A DNA stretch of 64,000 nucleotides from the human T2T-CHM13v2.0 reference genome, Homo sapiens: the NCBI RefSeq assembly GCF_009914755.1, contig NC_060933.1. One strand, 5' to 3'. The notes under the pieces were generated by a model, which saw only the letters and a list, made by a program, of their open reading frames with translations, did no database searches and was not told the DNA's origin. The position numbers and the translations under genes were made by a program. Shown here one piece after another: positions 46,795 to 64,000 of the stretch. Numbering within the stretch: position 1 is the first letter of the stretch; the number at the start of each line of letters is the position of its first letter.

Positions 46795-48526
46795 TTAGGG
46801 CCATTGCCTGAGGCTTAGCAGAGAGAGGACTTTGTAACTCTCCAGACCTGTGGGTGAATACTTATACTAACTGCTTGACTTTACTTTGCCTTTCTGAACC
46901 TTAGTTTTTGGTTTGATAAGCTATAAGTAGGGATAACAGCAGCTACCTCTAGTGTTTTTTGTTTTTGTTTTTTTCAAATCTTAAGAGAGATAAAGCTTGC
47001 AAAGCATCTACCACAGAGACTGGCCCATGGATGTCACATGAAACAAAAAAAGGTTGTTCTTTTGTTATTATTATTATTATTACTGTTCTCATAAGTTGAG
47101 GAAACTTGCTTTGGGGATACTTTATTTGAAAAGATGAACTTAGTCTCTTTAAATTTTTAATTAGGCAAAACTTCCTGGATGTTTCCTGAAAACTTTTCCA
47201 TCAGAATTACCAAGCAGAAAAGTGAGGCAATAGACTGTCTTGACAGTGTATGGAAACTTATTTTTGATAGAAAGAATTCACGCAAGAAAGTCATTGCTAT
47301 TTCAAGCCTTGCCTGTTTTTGCAGGCTCATCTTGACTTTTTCTGCCCCACCTACTCTGGTGTTGTACTCTGATAGATGCTCAGAGCTCTGGAAGCACATT
47401 ATGCTGTTGGGCACCGCCTGGTCTCTGTACATGCTGTTCTCTCATTTCTTCTTTCTAAGATCATACTTCCCTCTAAAAATCTCCTATGCATCCTTCAAAA
47501 TCCCACTTAAATGTTGTCTCCTAATGAGAAGCCTTTTTTTAACCCGGCTTCAGTCAGGTAAACACATATTCCCTCCCTGTGGCTGCCACTGTCCTTGAAG
47601 AGCATTCTAATATCATACGTGTCTCATTGTTTCATAACAGATTTCTGTACAGTTTGAGTCAATTTAGGTAGGGTTATTCATTGATTGAGAGAGTGAGTCT
47701 TTTAAATTCCCAGCAGAGACAGGCATATTCTGGGTATTCAGTGAATCTTTGAATCTTTCTTTCTTCTTCTTCTCCTTTTTTTTTTTTTAAATGTGTTTTC
47801 AGCATTGGTTCAGTAAACAATAACAAGTGACAGGAAGTTGGCTTTATACAGGGAATGAAAAGGAACAATAATTTACAGCAGATTGTGAGAAAACTGCAGA
47901 GTCTGTTTTTGAAGTCTAGGTGTTGACACATCAGTCCCAGCTCACAGATGATGTAAAATGCACAATGAAAATGATGTCGCAAAAATGGACAGAAGCTGCC
48001 TGCTCTGTGTTCTTATAGGTGCTAGCAAGCACCCAAACCGTACCTACTACCTTCCTTAGTACCCCTTGCATTAAAGAAGTTGGGTTTCCGTCAAGGACAC
48101 TGATATCCCCCTAGATTTGGGACCCTTGAATAGCAGAAACTAACAATGCTCTGTATTTATCAGGTGCAAACATGGTGCTTTGTTATTTATGTCTTGAGTC
48201 TTATGACGACCCCACAAGGAGAATACTATAAACCCATTTTTCAGCTGTTGGATCTGGAGCTTAAAGAAATAGATTTTTCCAAGGTGATGGTGAATGGTAA
48301 AGATGGAATTCAAACTCAGAACTGATTGAATCCAAAGCCCATCCTTTTCCCCCTTTACATGACAACACCTCTCAAACATATTGACCTCAAAAGTAAGTAT
48401 AATACCACCTTTATATAGATGCCAGACAGAAGGAGCCAAATGTGTTCTGAACTAGAAGTTTAAGGCCCTTTACATCTGGAAAAAAGGTTAAAGGTTTAAA
48501 GGTTTCAGGTATATGTGGTAAATTGT

Positions 48527-48658
48527 GGCCGGCCGTGGCGGCTCATGCCTGTAATGCCAGCACCTTAGGAGGCCGGGGCGGGTGGATCACTTGAGATCAG
48601 GAGTTCAAAACCAGCCTGGCCAACATGGTGAAATCCTGTCTCTACTAAAAATACAAAA
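48527..48658 (+). mobile_element. Alu left monomer only
   Basis: GGCCGGCCGTGGCGGCTCATGCC...CTACTAAAAATACAAAA, no right arm. Confidence 0.9.
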
Positions 48659-49176
48659 TGAACAGGTAAATATTTGTCCCCCTATGTTGAAATTTATGAT
48701 TATGCAACTTCAAATGTTGGAATGTTTGTTCTAAAATAAGAAGAAATAAAGCAGACAATTCCCAAATTTAGATAAACAAAAGAGCAGTGAAAAAAAAAGT
48801 TCAGTGCACCTCCTCCATAGCAACTAAGCATTTGCTTTGTCTTTTCTTTGTCTTTCTGGTGATCTAATGGATTTTTTTTTCCTGTTGGTACCTGCTTTTC
48901 TACCTACCACAGAGAGGTGGTGTCAGGATGATGGAAAACACTTGCTTATGAAAGAGAAAATCCTTTGAATTGGCTCTGAGCTAGGCAAAATGTGCAAATA
49001 TTTAAATGCAAGATGTTCTTTCTTGTCATTAGCAACTGATTTAATTTTTCCAACAACCCCCTGCCAAGAAGAGTCGATTACTTAAAGAGTTGGCGCATAT
49101 GTTATCTTGAAGAAAATAAAGAGGTTTTCCTATATGGAAGTGCAAAATTATGCATTTTTTTCTTTTTAAAAAATTG

Positions 49177-49486
<310 letters not shown>

Positions 49487-49839
49487 TCAGGTCTTTTTCT
49501 CACCAAATGATCTAGTACTGCTAAATCCTATTCTACTCCCAAGAACTTCTGACATCATTAGTATTGAATGAAATTTTATTTAGGTTCCCATTGAAGAGAT
49601 GGAATCAACATTCTACATAAACCAGAGCCTAGTCAATGTTAGTGGAAATGGGGTTAAAGTTATAAAACTTACCCTGGCTTAAAGTTATGCCCCTGATGGT
49701 GTTAACTATGGGATGTTAAAGTGATTTAGCTTCTTTAAGCCTTAACATTAATATTTTCCCTTCCTCTGTCCTACAACTGGGTGCTAATATTAAACTAGTG
49801 ACATGATGCTAATTAGATTGTTAGCAATGGGCTTAATTA

Positions 49840-50227
49840 TCTTCAGGTAGTCACACCCCTTTGAAAGGAGATTTTGAAACTCCTTTCATCAAGAGATGGA
49901 TCTGTTTCTCTATTCCTTAAATATAAACTGGCCGTGGGATGTGCTTTGATAGAAGTGATCTAATGCCAATTTTGAACCTGTTCAATAGCTGTGTGAACAG
50001 GACCAGCATCCTGGAGAATGAGAGGCTCTGCGAAACAGAAAGACACCATCCTGGCTGAGGCCATCCTAGGCCAATCCACCCCTTAAGCACACAGATACAT
50101 GAGGAGTGCAGTCAAGAACAGATAAGCTGCTCAGCTGAGCCCAAACCCAAATCACCAACATGCAAAGAATTGTTATTTTAAACCACTGTATCTGGATTTT
50201 TAAAAATGCAGCAAAAGTTAAATGATG
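49840..50227 (+). mobile_element. MLT1 (MaLR) LTR fragment
   Basis: CAAGAGATGGA...CAGCTGAGCCCAAACCCAAAT...TTGTTATTTTAAACCACT...GCAGCAAAAG. Confidence 0.6.
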
Positions 50228-50306
50228 TAGATGCTATATGAGAAGGCACTTTCTCAACCAGGAGGTGCTATGAGGTACAATCAGCCTTATCATTCTATAA
50301 GTATTA

Positions 50307-50525
<219 letters not shown>

Positions 50526-51240
50526 TTAATTTATGTGATTCATTCACTCTGCATTCATTCATTCCTCTGTTATTCTTTCATCGATTCATTAGGCACTTAC
50601 TATGCATCAGATCAGTATGTAAGCTACTGAGGATACAGAGATGATAAAGACATTTCTCTAGTTTGTTTCTCCCATTCGTAAACTTTTACCCCTTTGTCAT
50701 GCAAGTCAAATGACAGAATGTGAGAGCCAAAGGAATTCTGAAGGCACAAGCTCAATCCCTCCTTGGGTAGACTGAGGCCAGCATCAGAGGAGTAGGGTGA
50801 TTGTTGGATAGTCACACAGCTGGTTGGTGGCAGAGCCTGGGCTTAAATTCAGAGAACAAGTTCCCTGCTTCACATGTACTTTTGGGCCTGGAGAGAAGGG
50901 TTGCTCAAATCTGAGATGTACCTTTATTTTGAGGGAGAGACTGTTTCTTCTCTTCTTTGCCTCTGAGTAGAGATTTCTAAGGTGATGATGGACAATTGGA
51001 ACCTTGAGGTGACAACTTCTATTTGTCTAGGGTGTCAGCCCTAAGTGCTACACTTACTTATTAAAATCAGGGAAAAACCAACATCCCTTAAAATATAGAT
51101 GCAAACACAAATGATGCTAATGAGAGCCTTGTCCTCCACCAAAAACTAAGGAAAATTAGTTGATACAGAAGTCTTCAGAACCCTTTGGTCATCTTTCAAA
51201 TCCTTGAGATCAAATGGATCTGCTCTTTTGTACTCCTTAC

Positions 51241-51356
51241 CATATTCCGGAAGATGATCTCCCAGGTTTCAAAAGCAATGTCTAGAGGATCCCACTCCAC
51301 TTCCACAGATGTCTCCTTGATGGACTTGAATTTCAGGCCTTCAGGTGCAGGTAAGT
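51241..51356 (-). CDS. TNC: TNC exon 5, FNIII-2 N-terminal half (116 nt)
   Basis: ACAG|ACTTAC...TATG|GTAAGG; (Y)[38 protein letters not shown]. Confidence 0.96.
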
Positions 51357-52150
51357 CTGTAAGTAACAACATAAATAGAACGTAAGGATAGGGCAGGTGT
51401 GTGATTGGGCAACGCGGCCACGATTCCACTAAACCAGACTGGATGTCTGCAACAGTCAGGGGCTGACAACCAGAGCAGGTGTCCTTTTAAAGCTTCTTCT
51501 GGGATGAGGTCTCTATGAGGCTGTATAAAAATTAATATTAGGAAAAATGGTATGATTAATTTTGGCAATTTCATATGTTTAAATCTAAAATGAACGCAGG
51601 CTGTGGAATCAGACAGGCTTGGGGTTAGAATCTAAGCTCTACTATCAATGTGAACTTGAGCAATTGCACACAATGCTCTAAGCCTGAGTTTCTTCACTTG
51701 GAAAAAGAAGATAAATATATCTACTTCTTGGGATGCATTGAGGAGTGAGTGATATACTCCACTCCAGTGTGTAGACTGCTGGGCCTGGTTCGTGGCATGC
51801 AGAACAAGTTGAATAAATGGCAGCCAATGTTATTATTAAGGAAAAAAGGGTCAATTTCTAGCCAGAGCTTGCTTTTTAGATATGAAGGTAATTATACTGA
51901 TGCTAAACTCATAAACCAGAATGTTTCTACTTAAAGAAAAATAGTCAGTGATCTCCACTGAAAAGTAATAGAGTGGTTTAGAACATAAACCTGCCAGGAC
52001 TGCCAGGGTTAAAGTTTTGCCTCTACTCCTTGTTAGCTGCATGACTTGGGATAAGATGCTTAACCATGCAGTCTCAGTTTCCTCATCTGTAAAATGGGGT
52101 TAACAATAGCTCCTATTTCATACATATACTAACTCATATAATGAGGACTC

Positions 52151-52451
52151 TTTTTTTTTTTTTTTTTCTTGAGACAGAGTCTCACTCTGTCACCCAGGCT
52201 GGAGTACAGTGGCATGATCTCAGCTCACTACAAACTCTGCCTCCTGGTTTCAAGCTATTCTCTGCCTCAGCCTCCTGAGTAGCCGGGATTACAGGCATGC
52301 ACCACCAGGCCCGACTAATTTTTGTATTTTTAGTAGAGACAGGGTTTCGCCATGCTGGCCAGGCTGGTCTTGAACTCGTGACCTCAGGTGATCCACCTAC
52401 TTTGGCCTCCCAAAGTGCTAGGATTACGGGCATGAGCCACCATGCCCGGCC
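52151..52451 (-). mobile_element. Alu (AluS-like) inserted in a MIR
   Basis: TSD AATGAGGACTCTT on both sides; MIR core CTCAGTTTCCTCATCTGTAAAATGGGG just before it. Confidence 0.95.
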
Positions 52452-52750
52452 AAATGAGGACTCTTATACTAATATGTAGACTGCTTACAACAAAGTCTGA
52501 TACACAGTAAACACTTGCTAAATGTTACTTGTAATGATTTTCTCTGGCAGGAAGTATATAGGAGAGCAAGGAGAAAGATTTGATGGAAAATGAGGGATTT
52601 CTTTAATAAGTGATTCTATGGACTTAATTCTAGGCTCTTATTTGGTATAACTGTAAAGAACAACTATAGGATTGTAGGGGCCGTGGCGAGGGAGGGTTAT
52701 ACACTGGGTGGGCTGACGTCAGGTGAGGCTGCCCAAAAGAGTTCTGCTCA

Positions 52751-53074
<324 letters not shown>

Positions 53075-54309
53075 CTAGGTTTGTTTGACCTGTCTTTTCC
53101 ACTGTCAGCCACAGAGGTCTGAAGATCTTCTGTTGCCTCTAAAATGCAGATGGCATCAGGGACCCCCTGCTGTGATCCATCTTAAGACCTGTGGTGGCTG
53201 TTCCTTAGTCCATTTCCTTCAGGCTGGAGTCCCAGGTCAGCAGTGTGGCCTTTGGTGTTTCTGGCCTCTCCAACTTTCTGTGCTTCCTGGGTCTTAGCTC
53301 AGATGCAGGCTGTTGGCATGGGAAAGTGCAGTCTGAGCCTCACTCCCTGCTCTGAACTTTGAGTTACGTGTCCCTAGCACTGGGAGGGTATTTTGGGCAT
53401 ATCTGGTCCAACTTTCTTATTTTATAGAGGTGAGTAAGACAGAACGACTTGACCAAGCTTGCTCACCTCATCAAGTTTAGAACTTGTATCTCCTCCCTGC
53501 CAGCCTGGTGTTCTTTCCAACCAGGCTTCCCTGCTTGCGCCACATTGAACACAAAGCCATTTATTTATGTTTAGATACCAATAACTTTAGTAAAGGAAAA
53601 AATTCTCCATTATGACAATGATAATATGGGTAGATGAGAGGAGTACAAAGAAGACACTCATTAAATATGAGCATTAATTTTCTCTCCTGTGTTTTCACTT
53701 AACCAGGGTTTACTAAGCACTTAATATGTACCAGGTCCCATACTAACTGCTAGAAATAGTGCCCTTTTAAGGATAGGAGCTTGCAGTCTTTAGGATTAAA
53801 AAAACAAAACAATCAAAAAAACAAAACCAGTTACAAAAGACAATGAAAAGACAGGTCAATCTTGTAGATAATAGGCATTTGGTCTTTAGCCAAGTATGCA
53901 TTTGAAACAGTTGTTTTTATGTAATCTCACTGCGTATTCAATTTAGCTGAATTTTTACATCCATCCAAATACAGAGATTTTGTTTACTGTTGGTTTGATG
54001 TCAGTGGAGAGTAGGAAATAAAGTTGATATTTAGCAAAAGAGAGAGTATCCCTTTATCTACCTCATCTTGAACACTAGATGTGTTCTGGCCTCTCCAACT
54101 TTATTTTAAACTCTATGTAGATGAGTTAGGCAGACTCGAATACCAGCTCTGTGATGTGTCAGCTGTGTGTCCCTGGGACAATTATATAACCTCTCTGAGC
54201 CCTTCAGCCCTTAAATAGGTCACCTTGTAACAACGGAATGACAGGGCCCCCTTAAAAAGTCATTATGGGTGTGTGTTTAAATGGATATATTAATACGTAC
54301 AAAGAATCA

Positions 54310-55854
<1,545 letters not shown>

Positions 55855-55999
55855 TTAAGCAGCCACATTTTTCTGTATCTACCCAGGGCACCCAGATTCA
55901 AATTCAGCGGAAGGACGGTTGCACCCTCAGGCTCCATCTGGCTTGAGAACCATTTGTTGTAGTGTGTGAAATCAGATGAGACTCACATCCTGTTATACC

Positions 56000-56171
56000 A
56001 GGTAGGAATTCATAACCTGAATTCCCTGAAATTATAGGCTTGTATGCCAAAACAGTGTGTGATTATGCATAGGGGTGTGTGTGTGTGTATTTCCACCCCT
56101 GGGGAGCGGATTCATAGTTTTTGTCACATTTTCAAGAAGTCTTACTATTCCTATGATGATTATGAGTCACT
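56000..56171. mobile_element. MER103-like DNA transposon fragment
   Basis: CTGGGGAGCGGATTCATAGTTTTTGTCACATTTTCAAG resembles the MER103 3' block. Confidence 0.45.
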
Positions 56172-56212
56172 GCCTTGTGAAATGCATTAGGCTGGGGCTA
56201 TGTTACTATTTC

Positions 56213-56524
56213 TTTCTTTTCTTTTTTTTTTTTTTTTTTTGAGACAGAGTCTTGCTCTGTCGCCCAGGCTGGAGTGCAGCGGCGCCATCTTGGCTCACTG
56301 CAAGCTCCGCCTCCTGGGTTCATGCCATTCTCCTGCCTCAGCCTCCTGAGTAGCTGGGACTCCAGGCGCCCGCCACCATGCCTGGCTAATTTTTTTTGCA
56401 TTTTTTGTAGAGATGGGGTTTCACCATGTTAGCCAGGATGGTCTCAATATCCTGACCTCGTGATCTGCCTGCCTTGGCCTCCCAAAGTGCTGGGATTACA
56501 GGTGTGAGCCACCACGACTGGCCA
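56213..56524 (-). mobile_element. Alu (AluY-like)
   Basis: CTGCAAGCTCCGCCTCCTGGGTTCATGCCATTCTCC AluY-type block; TSD CTATGTTAYTATTTCTTT. Confidence 0.95.
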
Positions 56525-57257
56525 CTATGTTATTATTTCTTTAGTGCCTCATCAAGGCCAGGCACATAAAAGATGCCCAAGAAATAGTTGTTGAACTGAA
56601 TGTAATTCTGACTTTTTGATTCAATATCTATGCCACATTTGGCAAGGGATTTAGACTATCTGGAGCTTAGTTTTCTTATACGTGAAGTTGGGCCAATAGC
56701 CCACTTCCCTGGGGTATATCCGAGTTAAGTAAACCCCTTAAGAGCTCACTCTTGTGTCCTTGTTATTTTTTTCTGTTTTATTTTCCAAAGTTTTTTGTGG
56801 AAGGTTGGCTCAAGTTGGTATGTGGGTTTATATAACCAAAACATTCTAATTTTCCGCAACTAAAATGAGGTAGCTAATGGCTTTCTAATTCTATAAGGAC
56901 ACCTTTCAGTTTGGCTCTGTCCCCAGAAAAGTATAGTGCCTTTATCTTTTATTTCTTTCTATCCTGAAGGCTAAGTGGAGGTCAACTTAAAGAATGTGGG
57001 GTCAAGGTTGACATTACTCGAGCCCCTTGAGGCCTAAATATTGCCTTAGCTCAGTTTGCAGAAGTCATTGGTCTGATCTCCATGGAGCTTAAGGAGAAGA
57101 AACAAAACCCAGTTCTATATTCTCTGCACTAGAGTATATTCACTCTGTAGTCTCTGTACGTAGAAACAGCTTGTATTAATATATTTTATCTCATTCTTGA
57201 CAGCAGGAAGAAAGAATTTTTTAAAAAAAGCTGATTTGTAAAGTGAGAGTCTAAGTA

Positions 57258-57568
57258 TGTACTATCTAGTATGGTGGCCCTTGGCCACATGTGGTTATTA
57301 GGCATTGAAACGTGGCTAGTCTAAATTGAGATGTTCTGTAAGTGTAAAATACACATCAGATTCCAAATAGTATAAAATAATAGACTGAGAAGTATCCATT
57401 AATAATTTTGATATTGATTTCAGGCTGAAAAACCAATATTTTGGCTCTGTTGAATTAAATAAGAGATGACTAAAATTATGTTTACTTGTTTCTTTCTCCT
57501 TTCTTTAACATGACTACTAGAAAATTTAAGATTACATGTGTGAGTCATATTTTCATTAGACAGCACTG
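57258..57568. mobile_element. MER33/MER3-like hAT-Charlie element
   Basis: GGCCACATGTGGTTATT...AAACGTGGCTAGT...AGTGTAAAATACACATCAGATT...TAGACAGCACTG; ~310 bp. Confidence 0.75.
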
Positions 57569-58000
57569 CTCTAAACAATCATTTTAACTGACTACTTAGC
57601 ATTACTCCTACTGTGTATTCTCATCTGCATTTTTCCAGGGAGTTGACAGAAGTGGAAGATAAACTAACTTATGCCTAAAGAAAATGTTTTTAAAAATTGC
57701 CTTAGAAACCTAGAGCCTGTCCTGCAGAGCCGTAAGACTATTTCACTTAGGGTGGTTAGGTTTACTCTTGAAATAATTGTTGAAGAACATTTTGGTAATT
57801 TTTTTCTGAGTGGCAGAAACAGATTTTCAGCTCTGATTTGAAGTTGTTGAAACTCATGTAGCTTTATCAACTTTAGTTATTGGAGATAAAGACATAATTC
57901 CAAAGCAGCAAAACTCCTTGAAATAGGATGCATGTGGAAACAGGGCATCCATGGGAGAGTATGAGCTCTGGAGACACACAGGCACATGCAAAATCCCTAT

Positions 58001-58315
<315 letters not shown>

Positions 58316-58983
58316 CAAAGACCCTATCTCTTATTGCTCTTTGTGCCATCTTGTGCCAGTGGGTTAATCCCCTTGAGATTCATTTCTTTGATCTGTAGAA
58401 GAGGACTTATCTTCCCCTCATCTAATCTTTACCTTAAAGGGCTGTTGGGAGGATTAAATGAGATAATACAACAGTGCCTGTTACACAGAGGGAGCTTATA
58501 TGATTGTAATCATTGTAATTGCTATTAAATTGGAACTTTTTTCTAATTCTTATAACTCAGCACTATCACAGGCAGCACTGTGCATTTGTAAGAATACTGA
58601 AATGTGAGGAACTCTACTCCTTATTGGAGGACCTTCAGGAATCCCATCCTCTTTCCAGGCCTCAGTTTCTCTATTTGTAAAATGAGGTGATGGGGCCACA
58701 GCAGTACCTATCAGAGAGTGCTCTCTGGGGTAGAAATTTCATGGCGTACTCGTAGGTTTTGGGGTAGAAAGTGGGTAGATTTCATGGTCAAATACGTTTT
58801 AGAAACTTATAATTAAGGTAAAATAGGGTTTTTCAAAGCAGGACTTATCAGAAGCCTGAAAATTCCTCTGAGAAGCAGTTGTCGCCGTGACTCCTCCAAG
58901 CAGGAGAGAGATGGCTGCAGTCTCCACACTTATTTGAACATAAAATCTCTTTGTAATGAACACTCTGGGAAGCTAGTTTTCTA

Positions 58984-59671
<688 letters not shown>

Positions 59672-61079
59672 CTACAAGCAAAGATGAACAAAAAAATTAT
59701 GAGTATCTACTATTGAATATATTGAATATCTACAATTCCAAGTGAATTTTGATTTTATATCCCTGTATTTGAAGCTCTCCTGATAATTTTTCATTATATA
59801 CCCTTGAAATAACATACAATGGTCTCTAAAAGAACTTTGTCACTTGAAGGAATGATTTCACTCACTATTCAACTTCTGTAAATTTAAGGAGACAGAAAAA
59901 TAGAGAGAAAAAGGTAAAATATTGAAATAAAATAGACATAGGTTTGTATCTTGGCTGTAGCTCTGGTCCCTTGGATACGTTATGTAATTTTTCTTTGCCT
60001 TATTTCACTTTCTGTATAGTGAAGATCATAGTTGCTAATGACAGGGTTAAAAGAATGATGTAGAAGTTATTTGTGTATTCATTAATTCCTTCAGTATTTA
60101 CTATGTCTTCTGAGTGAATTATTATAGTGTTATAAAGGCCCTGGTCCCGGTAGATGTTCAGTAACTCTTGCCTCTTATTGATTTTCAAAACTGATTTCCA
60201 CACCATCTGCTGGTTCTCTTCTGTCATGAGAGGCAGAGGTTAAAATAAAGGACTCTAGGAGGCAAACAGTTTTAATCCCAGCCGAGCTTCTTACTAGTTA
60301 TATGACTGTCAGTATAGCATTCAGTCTACTCCTCTGCACCTCAGTTTCCCTGCTCCTTGATTTATTTCCAAAACCTTCAAAAGTCCAGTTTTTAGAAGAG
60401 CCTGACAGAATATTCTTGAACCAGTTGTCTAAACTGAGGCTCACAGCTCAGAAAGGATGTCTAAGAGCCTCTGATGTCTTCTCCAATCAGCAAGTACTTA
60501 TAGCATTTTTACAGAGGTCTGAGGGTGGTAGAAATAAATATAAGACCAAGTGTATACATACCATCAGGGGACTTAACAATAGAATTAAGAAGAAAATGGA
60601 ATCATCCATCCAGTACTTAAGGAGCAAAGCAAGAAAGAATGTATAGGATTTGTTTTGTGGTATAGTGTATAACTGCCTATGGGGTTTGAAAATAAAAAGG
60701 AATGGTCAAGAGAAAGGTGGGGCATAGCTTATGGGAAAGGGAGGGTAAAATTTAAGCTGAGCCTTAAATAGTGAGAAGAATTAGATGGGAACAGAATATG
60801 GAGGAGAATATGCTACCATGAAGCAATTCTCACTTTGCCAAGTTATCTTATTCATCTCTCTTAGAGCTATTCACCTGTATGAGCAATCAGGTAGCAGAGA
60901 AAAGGGGACTTGTTAGAGGCAGTTGAGAAACTAAATAAAGACAGGAAGAAATGGCAGTTATAATATTTACTAAAACAATGCTATGGAGGCATGTGAGAAT
61001 GATCTATACACGATATGAAGTCATTCATGGTTTTCTTTAATTAGGAGATGCACCCGAGTAAAATTCAAATGATAATTGA

Positions 61080-61400
<321 letters not shown>

Positions 61401-62499
61401 TGCTATTTGGTTTTTAGCATGTCATTTACAAATTGACATTTCCCTATGCCCATGATATTCTTATACTCGCACACTGTAAGTTAGTTATTTATGTCAATTA
61501 GTGGTGGTGCTTGGATTATTCAGCCTATAAGAAGGTTTCTAACTTTTTTTCTGGAAAGATTTTATCCTAATGATAGAATGCATCAACATGATCCCAACTG
61601 ACCATCTCCTTCCTCATGACAGAAAGCCTTTGCAAAACTTAGAGAGGAATTGTGGCAAGGAAAATTGAACTGGGAAGCATTCTATATGACTGATCAGGGG
61701 CCTAAGGACTGAGAAAGCACTAGTGAATTTAACTAAGAAGGTCGTATCCACATACCTACCACATTCTAATTATATTCTTATTGACACTTTACCAACTGTC
61801 CCTGTAATATCTGCAAAAACAAAACAAAACAAAAACAACAACAACAACAAAAACAAAGAAACAAAAAATACCCAACCCTCTTTTGAGCATGCTTTCTCAT
61901 TGAAATTAGCTTCTTAACTAACAATGTGTGGGTCTGTAATGTAGGTAAGGCCACTGAATGAAGATTATTATAAAAAAGGAGACTTGGCATGTTCTCTCCT
62001 TTCAAACCAATTTGGCCATCTTATGTGTTTACTGGACAAATATTTATTGGCTGCATAGTCTACTAGAATGGCTGCTCTAACTCTCTTCACCTTCACAAAG
62101 TTCTACTTTCCTACCCCTTTTCCATCAATTCTTAGCTTTTTTTTTTTTTTTTTAGAAAGGGCCATGGGCCAAGTTTGAAATGTTTTTGGACTTCTCCCCA
62201 ACACTTTTCTGTGTGTTGCTAAATGACTTAAATTTCCATCTAAAAAGCCATTATAGTTGCTGATTGAGACTCCAAGGCAATGAGTTTAGGGTAATAATGA
62301 CCAGAGTGTGAGTAGAGTGAGGATTTCTCACTGTGTGTTTAAGAGACGTACACTGGTACCACCAAATGTTGCATCGTTGGGGGAAAGAGTATGTTATTCT
62401 TGAGCATTGTGTATTTCCTATTGGCTCATGGTGGTCTGAGGGCAGTGGGTGTTTTTGTACTTTGGGAAAAATCCATTATATTTTCAGTGTTGTAGAAAA

Positions 62500-62710
62500 T
62501 GGTTAGGCTTTGGAATTAGGCATACCTGGGTTCAAATGTCACTCACTAGCCCTGTAACTTTGACAAGCTACTTATCCTCTCTAAACCATGACCTCATATA
62601 TAACAAAGGAGTCAAAACCTTTCCAGAGAAAATTAAGGATTAGAGACCTGTACATAAAGTACCCAGCATGGTGTCAAGCTCGTAGTAGGCACTCATTAAA
62701 CAGTAGTTCC
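62500..62710. mobile_element. MIR SINE
   Basis: GGCTTTGGAATTAGG...CCTGGGTTCAAAT...TAGTAGGCACTCATTAAA. Confidence 0.6.
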
Positions 62711-63326
62711 TATTTTGTTGCGATCCTGGAGAACAAAACCTAACAAGAGTCCATGTCAATAGCCTCCTTTTACTTAAGCCTGAGCTTGACCGCCTAGTTG
62801 AATACAGTCCTAAACTCAGCAGCAACTTGGATCTAGATCAAAGAGGAGCTGCAGAAATCACTGGTGGGTGAGGAGGTAAATTTACTAGAACTAGAAATAT
62901 TTATATGAGAGAGGGAAAAAATAGGAAGCAAATAATGACCTTTAAGAATGTAAAATATTCTCATGCAGACAACTGGCTGTTTTAAGTCTCCTTTGTGGAT
63001 GAACCCAGGGAAACTTACTTGAGATTGCAGTTGGAGGTATTTAGGTCAGACATGAAGAATCATGTTCTGATAGTAGGACTTTTATAATTTCAGAATGAGC
63101 AACTTATTCTACAGAGACTCTTTAGAAAACACAGATTCTAATCTTTATAGAAAATTGATCAGCAATAAAAGGTCTGGAAAATATCTTGTAGGAGGAAGGA
63201 CTACAGACCTGGGCAGGTTTATTTTGTAGTTGAGAAAACCAAGGTTGAGTGGGTCAGGGTTACCATGTAGAAATCCTGGCAAAGCAGGCACTGGCTTGCC
63301 TCTTGTAGCCCCTAAGGACAGAACAA

Positions 63327-63330
<4 letters not shown>

Positions 63331-63372
<42 letters not shown>
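63331..63372. repeat. (GT)21 microsatellite in intron 1
   Basis: Direct read. Confidence 0.97.
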
Positions 63373-63373
<1 letters not shown>

Positions 63374-63949
63374 TGTGCGTTTATGTGCTGGGGATGATGC
63401 AGGGAGGGAGGGTTGGTTATGAGAAGACAAATTTCAGCACAACAGGAGAAAGACTTTTCTAGTTGGAATTGGTACCCAATAGAAAGGTCTTCTTTGAGAA
63501 TGTAGCAGGTTCCAAAGCACCAGAATGTAAATAGAATGGCATTGAAGGGCACAAGTTTTATAGGCAAATTGTCTTAGGTTTGAATCACTGTTTGATCACT
63601 TCCTGTTCCTTGTGCAAGGTTATTATCTGTGACCATAAGCCAGAGTACTGTCATCAATAAATGTGTTAAGGGAGTCCTCATAGGATCATTGTGAAAAGTG
63701 CATGAGATAATGTATGCGAAAGAAATGGCAAACAGTCTTTGGTAGCAGTAAGAGCTTAATAAAAGGAAACATTTGTAATGAAAAATATGGACTTTAATGA
63801 ATGTTTTTCTTTTCTAGGATTTTCTTTCTCCTAACCTTTGAAACCCCTACTTTGGCATATGTCTGTTTTTAAGCAAAGACAAGAGTTCTACAGCAAAGTG
63901 AGAACTTTTCCTCTCTCAGTGATCCCAGAAAATATGCATGTCGTGGTAT

Positions 63950-64000
63950 GTGTATATATATACGTATATATATGTATATATATATGTATATATATGTATA
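63950..64000. repeat. (TA)n/(TATATATG)n simple repeat running off the window edge
   Basis: Direct read. Confidence 0.9.

Noticed and set aside
51348-51356. Perfect plus-strand donor CAG|GTAAGT overlapping exon 5, with similar sites near 9221 and 43843 (antisense spliced transcript?)
   Set aside because: Isolated consensus matches are expected in 64 kb, and I could not build a coherent antisense exon chain.

Overview
Human genomic DNA covering most of the coding region of TNC (tenascin-C, hexabrachion) on the minus strand. It runs from the distal part of intron 1 through exon 2 (5'UTR, start codon, signal peptide, assembly domain), the single EGF-repeat exon and constitutive FNIII 1-5. It then covers the complete alternatively spliced cassette array (A1, A2, A3, A4, B, AD2, AD1, C, D) and FNIII 6-8. 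The non-coding first exon and the fibrinogen-globe exons lie outside the window. All 22 canonical coding exons have AG/GT boundaries and splice into one open frame (5920 nt of CDS). Introns contain about 15 Alus, plus L1, L2, MIR, MaLR/ERVL LTR and hAT MITE relics and several microsatellites. The most notable observation is the AD2 FNIII cassette exon. It is 274 nt, carrying a +1 frameshift near its 3' end, so splicing it to AD1, C or D gives a premature stop. It still has a strong acceptor and is followed by five UGCAUG (RBFOX) motifs within about 550 nt, the layout of a regulated poison exon. Other observations: a recent ~315-bp non-tandem duplication next to nested inverted repeats, apparent gene conversion between exons A1 and A4, alternating inverted Alus around FNIII-2, -3 and -4, and coding variants relative to the reference protein as I recall it. 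Exon numbers follow the usual 28-exon model from memory. Repeat subfamily calls were made by eye and repeat boundaries are approximate.
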